A stretch of DNA of 52,042 bases, the filler included, from Bipalium vagum (lineage: Eukaryota): the NCBI GenBank assembly GCA_037834085.1. It is 3 parts of 3 records of this genome, joined end to end, with 100 filler letters (N's around TTAATTAATTAA, not from the genome) between each part and the next. Parts side by side here need not be neighbours in the genome. Positions count along the whole stretch, not along the records: positions 1 to 17,288 come from JBBMKC010072559.1; 2 more parts are not named here. One strand, given 5' to 3'. This document shows, in pieces, positions 1-8,613 of the stretch. Under the pieces are notes generated by a model, which saw only the letters and a program-made list of their open reading frames with translations, did no database searches and was not told the DNA's origin. How positions within the stretch are numbered: position 1 is the first letter of the stretch; every line of letters starts with the position of its first letter. The translations under genes were made by a program, and so were the position numbers.

Positions 1-739
1 TTCATTCAATTGCGTACACGTATAGGAACAAGTGAAGGGGTCAGTAACGTTTTGAGCTAAGGTTACGACAGGGTTCAAGTGAAATAATATCGTAACAAAA
101 AGAACTAAAATTCTAGTTTAATGATTCTATTATAAAAAGGTATGGATTCTAGATTCGAGAGCCTAAATCAAGTCATTTTGAATGGTGTCTTTATTATAAA
201 ATCTTTTTTTATAAAAATACAATCTTTTTGTTGAACGAGTTATAATGACTTTCAAAAATCTGAGTTATAATGTTGATGAGACAACTCCTTATTTCCTGTC
301 TTTCAATCTTTATATGGTCACTGTGTATTAAAGTTTTTCTCTTTCGATTACTGATACAAAACTCAATGATATTTCTTCAGCATTCCATACAAAATCTTGA
401 CCTTTGAGATTGATCTCAAAATTTCCCATATAATGTTAAAGAATCTAAAAGAACAATAAGACAAAACATACAATTATATACAGAGTCTTTCAAAATAAAT
501 CTACCATCTTTTTTTAGTTTTTTTTTAAATAAATCGATTTTTTTAAAAAAAACGATATTTGTTTATCTCAAGAAATAAAGCAGTTTTGAAAACAAATAAA
601 AAATCTAGAGTATATAAGACCGTGTATTTCTTGTAAAGCTGTATTTTAAGAAAGGTTAATCTATTGGACAAAATATTCGAGGATTTGGAGCAGCATAGAA
701 TATCAAAACACGATAGCACTCTCCTGATTGTCATACTGT

Positions 740-1400
740 GTGCTGATTACAAAATTTTAGAAATATGAAACAGTTTATGATCTACGAGAAGTGAGCGAAA
801 ACAAAATGCAGAAATGAGAAACATCTTAAAGTCAGTTGCAGAACAGACTTTGTCAAGTGTTATCTGAAGCTAACCAAATAACCCGAATTTGAGGTCGATG
901 AGATGTTCCTGAACAATACCTGGTGAAGCGATAGTCCAACAAAATAGTCACTGTTGGACTGAAGGCAAATGTGGTGTACCAGTAATTGAGACACCTTTGT
1001 TTTCTTCATCAATAACGGGATCTGTCGCATTCAATAATCTCTATGTTATTGAACCTTTTTTCTTTGACGAAAACGGAGATCATATAAATGGTGACAGATA
1101 TCCACAATGATTGGTGATCACCTACATACACAGTTTAACTCCTCCACTCAATGCTATTGCCACAAAAATCCTGCCTACCTCCAAGTTCGGTGTTATCTGA
1201 AATACTATCTGAGTAATTGGTTAATAACTCTCAGTGACATGACCAGCATGCAACTCTGATCTCATACCATGTAACTTCTGGTTGTGGAATTCTGTGAAGG
1301 AGGGCGTGTATGCTGATCTTTATCAGATGAGAGCTGATACAAAATAATTCCCTTGCAGAATTCCTAAACACATCGGATCTTTGACATAATTTGATACATA
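740..1400 (+). mobile_element. Decayed Tc1/mariner-superfamily transposase (rosa/DUF4817-like)
   Basis: Manual translation gives VIEPFF..DENG..INGDRY and (W)PACNSDLIPCNFWLWNSVKEGVY, matching the VIGPFFF and WPPRSPDLTPCDFFLWGYLK motifs; many stops and frameshifts. Confidence 0.7.
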
Positions 1401-1499
1401 TTTTCTGATCTTAGACTACATTCTCTTGTGCTTAAAATTATTTTTAAAAACTTATGTTTAATCCCTTGTGACCAATCACTTTAAAAATTGATCTGTGTT

Positions 1500-1740
1500 G
1501 CTTTTATTCAATAGAATTGAGAAATGAATTTCACCGATCTTTCATTTTTTCCCGTTAATTCTTGGGTTACCATTCCAAATTTACACAATCGTCTAAATAC
1601 TGTTAAATGATTTATTCCAAGAGTGTAATCCGTCAATCGCGTTTTTAGATGCTGATCATTTTCGATCAGCCTTAATAAATCAATGTTAGAAATGCTAATC
1701 TATCTCTCAGAATGTGGGCATCGGCAAGATCAATTTTTGT
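1500..1740 (-). mobile_element. Mariner transposase fragment
   Basis: Minus strand reads LGINHLTVFRRL and then WVTQEL, similar to the second HTH and WVPHEL motif. Confidence 0.5.
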
Positions 1741-1904
1741 TTAAAATTAAAATCTTACTGGTAAAACACAAACTTTACAATTATATAATGTACCAAATAA
1801 ATCAAATTATATATTTATTGCTTTTAGAGAAATAGAATTTAATTTTAATAAAAAAATAGTCTGTTTATTGAAAATAAAAAAGTTTAAGAGTTTAAGTTAA
1901 TAGT

Positions 1905-2205
1905 TCATACTATCCTTTAAATTCTATATAATTTGAAAAGGTAAAAATATTAGAACTTATTCAAATTATGTAAAAGCATATAAATATTTTAATAATTATC
2001 CACAACTAAGTTTATTGGAATATCAAAATTTATATTCATTTTTTGTTTTCATCAACCTGAAGATTTATGTTTAAATGGTGTTATAGTAACTTTACATATT
2101 TCAAAAGATTCAGATTTTAAATGAATAATAATGTTGTTTTGTTACAAGAACAACTTTGAGAAATAAAATTAGAGGTTGGTAAAATGTTTAATATTGAAAT
2201 AGAGA
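1905..2205 (+). pseudogene. Probable Polinton-like major capsid protein C-terminal remnant
   Basis: Frameshifted translation YPLNS..NIRTYSNYVKAYKYFNNYPQLSFI/EYQNLYSFFVF..QPEDLCLNGVIVTLHI..VLLQEQL*EIKLEVGK resembles the C-terminus of Polinton double-jelly-roll capsids; adjacent to a viral-type HNH gene. Confidence 0.45.
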
Positions 2206-2289
2206 AAAAACAGTATAAGAAAAAAATGAAGGGAAAATAGTGATTAATTATTATATATGTATAGTGATAATTATTTTTAAAAAATTATT

Positions 2290-2640
2290 AAAGATTATCA
2301 TTTCTTACTCATATTTCTTGAAATATATATTACCAATAATCTACTTTATCACTTTTTGATAAATTATTTGGACCAGTTTAAGGTCTTAAATTGCTCCAAT
2401 TATAACAACATTTTAAAAGAATTTTACTATCTAAATTAAATTTTGAAATTATTAAAACATGATCCATATGCCAGTATTTTCTTTGATTTTTCCAAGTTAT
2501 TTCATCATAAAATTGAAATTGAAAACAATTAATTAGAAAATCAAAACTATATCCAAATAATTCTTAAATTTTTATCTTCTCTTTGTTCCCTTATAGCTCC
2601 ATTTAAGGTATTATATAAATGTTGCTTACATTTTAACATT
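2290..2640 (-). pseudogene. HNH endonuclease of giant-virus/prasinovirus type, pseudogenised
   Basis: Minus strand: LFGYSFDFLINCFQFQFYDEITWKNQRKYWHMDHVLIISKFNLDSKILLKCCYNWSNLRP*TGPNNLSKSDK, matching the family pattern LGC..QF...MTWDNYG.WHIDH..P...F.L....CF.WTNLQPL...N.SK. Confidence 0.8.
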
Positions 2641-2669
2641 AGATTTTCTTGTTTTCTATTTCTATGAAA

Positions 2670-3460
2670 ATCATTTTATTTTATTTTCTGGAATATTTCT
2701 ATGATTTTTAATATGGATTAAATGATAACTTTTATAATTATTCATTTTAGAATAAAAATCTGTTATTTGTTTTATTTGAAAACATTTATGACATTCTTTT
2801 GTTTATATTTAAAAAATAGATTTATTATTTAAAGCTTTCTCTTCATAAATATCAAAGTTTTCATTCTCTATTTTTTAAATTAAAAAAAATAATTTGTCTT
2901 TTTGTAATTCACTCCGTTCAATTATATTCAATGTATGATTAACAAAGATGACTTTGATTAATTTTATTTAATTTTTAAATATAATACTGGTGTAAGACTG
3001 TTATAAGATAAAAATAAAAAAAATTAAATTTCTAATCTTTCCAGGGGAGAAAATTTTCAGTTTCTATATAATCATAAATATCTTGTAAGGGATTTATTGT
3101 TATATTTTCTAATTCAAGATATAAATTTTTAAAATACAAGATTTTGCTTAACTCAAAATATTTTTTTTATTTATTCCAATGATTTTTATAAATTATATTT
3201 ATTTTATATAAATTTATTTTCAGGAATATTTCTATGATTTTTAAAATGGGTTAGGTGATAAGATTTACAATTATTTATTTCTTCAATAAAAATCTGTAAT
3301 TAGTTTTAGTTCTTTAGTTTTGCCTAATATCGATATTGTATAGTTATTATATTTTCATTTTATAAATATTTAATTTATCTTTATACTTAACGTATGTTTA
3401 ACAAAGTATATTTTTATTAATTTCATCTAATTTATAAATATAATAATTGCGTGTTATGTA
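2670..3460 (-). repeat. Diverged tandem duplication (about 0.5 kb period) upstream of the HNH gene
   Basis: ggaatatttctatgattttta...aataaaaatctgt near 2690-2763 and again near 3223-3297; gtatg.ttaacaaag...aaatataata near 2933-2986 and 3392-3445. Confidence 0.75.
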
Positions 3461-3571
3461 ATTATGTTTTGTTTGAATAGATACTTTTTATAATTCTGCG
3501 TCTTTTCAATTTGAAGTAAAGAAGACCTTACTGGCGACCACACCGAAAATGTACATGTTATAACCAGAAGC

Positions 3572-3900
3572 ATGAGAAAAATTAGTCATGGACGCGTTAC
3601 CAAAAAAACACACAGGAAATTTTGGAATTTCAAATCAAACGATATAATGGCCGAAAGATGGTTGAAAGATATTGAGGAATGGCTCAGTATAAATGGTTTA
3701 TGCCTGGTCAACGTATTTAATTTGCTATTATTTAACGAAGCTTCAACCTTATGGAAGAGTTTCAAGACAGAAGCAACAACAAAAGAAGAAACAAAGTAGT
3801 GGTTTGCTGACACATTTATGGAGAAGAATCCAATAACCGATTTAATTTGCAAATTGACAGAATTCACACAAAACCTCACAGAACTGTCAAAGTCAGCTTC
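3572..3900 (+). mobile_element. LTR retrotransposon gag fragment
   Basis: ORF 3572-3799 contains AERWLKDIEEWLSING...LLFNEASTLWKSF, the W.....E / L...A..W pattern of Ty3/Gypsy-type gag. Confidence 0.5.
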
Positions 3901-4244
3901 TGTTAACAACTGAACCAATCTGGTGATGTATAATTTAAAATATTACAAATAATAAAATAATACAATGTCTCAACAACTTTACGGATTGTTTCATGTTAAC
4001 ATAAACTTCGTTGGACAAGATTCTAAGTTATGTGTTGGGCCTTTCTTGCGACAGTTGATTAATCTTTTTATCAAAAAATTTTTGGTTCAACCAAGACACT
4101 TCTAATTTGAGGGATTTTTAAAATATTGCGTTGGTCGTTGGTCTACCTGCTGAATCGCAATTTATTTCCCGTTTGACTCATATTCTTTGAGTTTTTATGG
4201 GTGAGTTAAATTTGTATCTCAAATCAAAGATTTTAGCTCGCTCA

Positions 4245-6182
4245 TTTTTTTATACACCTTAGCCAGTTTACACGCCGGTGGTGGCCTAGACCCCACATAC
4301 CCCGTATGAGCAGAACATACAACAAATAGTACACCAACACAACCCCACCCATCACCAAACATCAAACAATCAATCATACAATCAATAAATCCAACAGACA
4401 TTCCTAACAGAACAGGAAACGGAAGAAATAAAAGAAAATAACATAAAACTTACCTAACTTACCTGCCTCAGGGGTATACATTTTGACCAGGTCCCCTTTC
4501 CCTGGTCTTAAATGACCTCAGGTTCCTCCCTAGCCCAATCGCCGGACACCCGTACACTTTTCCCTCCCTGCTCGACAGAGATCCAACACCACTCGCCGAA
4601 CAGAGAATCGAGCCCTAAGGATGGCTGTTTCTTAGGGCGTCCGTACGGCCACACATTCAGTTCAATGTACGTCGACCAGATCCAGATACGGCATGCCTGA
4701 ATCGAATCATCGCAGCAGAGCCCTCCAAAGACCTCACAGTCATTACCTTCAGGTCCCCGAGCGTGAACCCGAGTTCCTTGAGTAATAACCATGTGCTATA
4801 ACACCAAGCTCCTCTCCAATTGAGTTTTATACCTGCTAAAAAGGGTACACTCGTCCCGCTGGGGTCTACATACCGATGTACCGCGCTTATATCATATTTA
4901 CGGACCTTGATCTTATTATCTTCCTCCAAGTTTACCAAACTTGAGTCGCTGACAATCTGGGCATCTAAAACGAGAGGAGGAACACCGTCCTTAAAGGCTA
5001 CGATATCAGGCTTTAGAAAACTGCTGTTATAGGGGATTTTCGGTTCGACCTCGACCCGATAGCCTAAGGCTTTAAGCTGAGCCACCACATAATCGACTAC
5101 ACGATTGCGCTTCCAGAGACGCAGGCCTTTTGCAGCACCACATTCCTGGAGTATATGGTTGAGGCTCTCGAGCTTGTCACCACAGCCTTTATCACAGAAT
5201 GGGCTCCCAGAGCCAGCTCTACCACTTAATGCTCTTGTCGCAGTATGAATCAGGTTACTCCGAATCCTGATCACGTAAATATAATCTTTCCCGCTCATAA
5301 GTTTGGTACCATTGCTGACCCTCGAATGCACCCCTGGGACTCGATCCATCTCCGCCAATCCTTTTCCGTCCAACAACATACACGCAGAAACGCGACAGTA
5401 GTCGTTCATCGATCCCGCTTCGTCAGAGCCCACCACCAACGGTTCGTTCCACAATGCGACCTCCTTACCAAACTTCAGACACTCACCTGCCGCACACACA
5501 GCCGGGTCAGTGCTCTCAGCCAACTTCGCCAGTCGCCGTGCCTTTCCGAAGTATACTGTAACCAAGAGTGACGGCAACCCAATACCACCATCCGACACTC
5601 TAGCATGGATATACGCTGATGTCGTATCACTTGGTAATTTCAGCCATTCACGAACTTTCTGCCGCATATACTTATCGAGCGTTCTCAACTCGGTTGAGGT
5701 TACCGATCCCAACACCCGAACATGTTGGACCTTAGGGATCAGGTAGTCGCGGAGGAGCCTTTGAAAGCCCACCTAAACCCCTCAAGATCAATCGACTAAA
5801 ATCCTCTTTGACTGAACCCTTCGCCGAGAATCGAATACCCAAATACTTATATTCATTGCCGGCTGAGTGACACGACCACGGGTAAGGTGGCCGCCTCACC
5901 AACAACCGGCTCGGAGTTCGGAGGATCCTAAATTCAACGGTAATTCTGAAGTTGTCTTAATCTGAATTTCTCCTCACTTTCTGTGCCATGCCATATGGAT
6001 AGCCAGACCCCCTCGGGCCTTTGCAGACATTCGGGTAGATCGTACACCGAACCTCAACTCCGTGGGACGCCTCAGACTCGTCTTCGTCTTGAACGCCCAT
6101 GAATGCAAGTGTGGAGACTACGACCAAAGCCACCAAAGCCATCTGTTACAATTCAAACAAACTCAATCCTTCCAATCAACCC
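4245..6182 (-). mobile_element. R2-clade non-LTR retrotransposon, internally deleted
   Basis: GC-rich island. N-terminal C2H2 finger (CTIYPNVCKGPRG/LAIHMAWH across a frameshift, about 5980-6050), RT motif 7 YKYLGIRF (about 5830-5855), thumb LRDYLIPK, CCHC knuckle CDKGC..ESLNHILQEC, REL nuclease EPKI..KPDIV..LDAQIV..KVRKY and LNWRGAW; 3' UTR ends in a short A run near 4245-4251. Confidence 0.9.
4657..5772 (-). CDS. C-terminal part of R2-like ORF (thumb, zinc knuckle, restriction-like endonuclease)
   Basis: 371-aa ORF in the track with CCHC and PD..D..K motifs; RT core absent, so probably non-functional. Confidence 0.85.
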   Translation of the reverse strand: MGFQRLLRDYLIPKVQHVRVLGSVTSTELRTLDKYMRQKVREWLKLPSDTTSAYIHARVSDGGIGLPSLLVTVYFGKARRLAKLAESTDPAVCAAGECLKFGKEVALWNEPLVVGSDEAGSMNDYCRVSACMLLDGKGLAEMDRVPGVHSRVSNGTKLMSGKDYIYVIRIRSNLIHTATRALSGRAGSGSPFCDKGCGDKLESLNHILQECGAAKGLRLWKRNRVVDYVVAQLKALGYRVEVEPKIPYNSSFLKPDIVAFKDGVPPLVLDAQIVSDSSLVNLEEDNKIKVRKYDISAVHRYVDPSGTSVPFLAGIKLNWRGAWCYSTWLLLKELGFTLGDLKVMTVRSLEGSAAMIRFRHAVSGSGRRTLN

Positions 6183-7179
6183 GGAGTAATGACATTATGC
6201 TGATAATTGTGATTCTTATGATATTTGACAATTATGTACTGATCTTTAATTGTGTAATATTCTCTGTAGCAGTGTTTAACATTATTTATGGCAGTGTATT
6301 GGCCTTTTATTGCTTATAATTTCAAAATATATGTATTGTAAAAATCGATTTTGACAGATTTATATAAAATAATAAATAATAAAACGATAATTAAATAATA
6401 AACAAAAGGAAGTAAAATATCATAATAAATAAGATAAGGTATAATAATAACATGTATAAATTATTATTAACATTAATATTAGTTGTGATTATATTTTTTA
6501 AAAGAAAATTTATAATAACGTAACATCAAGTTACCATTAATAGAAAACAGATCAGAAATTTTATATTAAAAAATGAAAAAATGGTAAAAATGGAAAAAAG
6601 AAGGATAACAGAATTATATTAAGAAAGAGAAAGTTACTAATTATGGAAGAGAAGGAAAAAAGAAGTGTATAAAAGCAAACAGAAATTATAAGAAGGGCAG
6701 AAAAAAAAATAATGACAGTTTATAAGAATCCAAAGCAGACGAATTCAAACGAAGTAGAACAGACCAAAAACTACAGAATACAACTATTCAATAATCTAAT
6801 CACAAACCCACAGATTGAACTCAGTCAGCTGTATAAACCTACAAACCAAACTCAGCCTAAAAGTGACTACCACTTATGACTCTAATACATTCCATTGTTA
6901 CGAAGGACTTGTAAACGCCAATTCGCCTACGGATATTGACTATTTAAAGGGTCGACAACAATCAAAAAATAGAAATAATAAAGAAAAAGTAAGAGCATAA
7001 AAATAGAGAAAAGAAAACCTCAAAGATCTTCAATCAGCGCTAAAGACAGGACGAATACGAAAACCCGACTAAACTAAAGGCAAGCAGAACATTGAATCAC
7101 TGAAGAGAAAAGGAACTTACGACGATCAAGTGGACCAATATATGACAATTGTTTTGTTGATAAAGTAAATTTCATAATT

Positions 7180-7426
7180 GATAACTTGTTACATCATTGT
7201 AACAAAGTTTTAGTATTCAATAAATTTTAACTAACGTTTTATATTATTACTATCTTAATTTTAAATTTTGTCGTCAATTTTAAGTATTTCAAACATTGAT
7301 TTTGGTCGTAACGATTAGAAAAGTTTTAGTGAAAAGAAATTGATTTAGTAATCTATTATTCGATTAAGTTATCCTTTATTGATACTTGTTACATTCTTGT
7401 AACAAAGTTTTATTATTATTAAATTT
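7180..7426. repeat. Pair of about 45-bp direct repeats 200 bp apart, each with a palindromic core
   Basis: acttgttacatcattgtaacaaagtttta at about 7184 and acttgttacattcttgtaacaaagtttta at about 7384; core ttgttaca-N4-tgtaacaa. Confidence 0.8.
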
Positions 7427-8134
7427 ACACCTATATCAATAATATAATATAAAACTAGCTCGGAACCCAAGGTTCACAAGACTAGTCTCAATTTTCAATA
7501 AATAATTATATTTCGTTCCTTTATTAAGCAAGCGTGTCTTGTTAGGCAAGACAAAGTTTGTCCTAACTAAGTAAATACTCAGGCCAGGACCTGAGGATTA
7601 TATAACTTTTTAAGTTCCCATTTCTTATTACTTTATTCTTTTTTCTTGTTTTTACTTCATACACTAAGTATGGTGGTGAAGTATATTTTTTCTTCATATA
7701 TTGATGACCTCTGATCCTAAGAGCGAGGAGATTTTTCTAAATAATAATTATAATTAATAAAATCATTTTAAACTCTTTAAATCAATCAGAACAGATATCA
7801 CGCAGTTTTAACTTTATTTTGAATAAAATAAAAGTATTAAAAAGTCAAGCGTTTTCTTAGTTATTTCAACCGAACACATAATAAGCAACCTTCACTCGTT
7901 AAGGCCTAAGCATCATAGTAAGCTCCACTTGTAACATCAATTTAACCCATCTTAGGATCTTAACACAAGCTAAATTAATAGTAGTGAACTTTTCATGAAT
8001 TGCACGAAGATGTGTACCCAGCCGAAACCGAGTATGTGTTTCAGGTGATTACAGGGTCGATGCCATCCCTGTAACCACCCTAGCCCTGGATCGGCTTTTA
8101 CGCGGCTATCAACCATCGTATCCTCCAACCCTAA

Positions 8135-8228
8135 CCACAGTCAAATTGGTCCCTATTCAGGTTAACAACTCCACCGCGAGAAGGTTTTGATCATGGGCTG
8201 ACCCAGGCAGGCCAGTTTTGTCGGAGTC
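8135..8228 (-). ncRNA. HDV-like (CPEB3-type) self-cleaving ribozyme
   Basis: Minus strand folds as P1 GACUCC/GGAGUU (G1-U wobble), P2 CCAUGAUCAAA/UUUGACUGUGG, P3 ACC/GGU, L3 UUCUCGC, J1/4 GU, short P4 CCU-GAAU-AGG, J4/2 CCAA, all in the correct order. Confidence 0.75.
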
Positions 8229-8613
8229 AAAACTGACTATAAGTCAGTAGATGCATAATCTAAAATTAACTATATCACAATTTTACATGTTGTCAACCTA
8301 TATGTGACAATAGTTCAGCTAAAAATCTAAATATTCAAAGATTTATATACTTGTAAAGTTAAAGTTTTAAAGCTACTTAACTGATACCATATAATATTGC
8401 ATAACTTTTATATAACCAAGATTTTAAGGTTATTTTGTTTTATTAAGATATTTTGGTAAATTGAGAAAAAATAAGTTCTATTATTATTCATAATTTAACA
8501 ATATAAAAATACAATTTCTCACTTCATCTAATAAATCTAAATACCTAATATTTGTTTTACTACATAATAACTATTGAACTAAACATTCATAGTGCATATT
8601 TAAATTTCTCTAA

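Noticed and set aside
4508-5746. Overlapping ORFs on both strands within the R2-like element
   Set aside because: Shadow frames of a GC-rich coding sequence with no motifs.
7095-7140. Hammerhead-like CUGAAGA core and possible Penelope end
   Set aside because: No GAAA or stem II follows, and no GIY-YIG motif could be read upstream.
8125-8136. ccaaccctaacc as a telomerase RNA template on the plus strand
   Set aside because: Only a short motif; no template-adjacent pseudoknot or H/ACA box recognised, and the opposite strand is better explained by an HDV-like fold.
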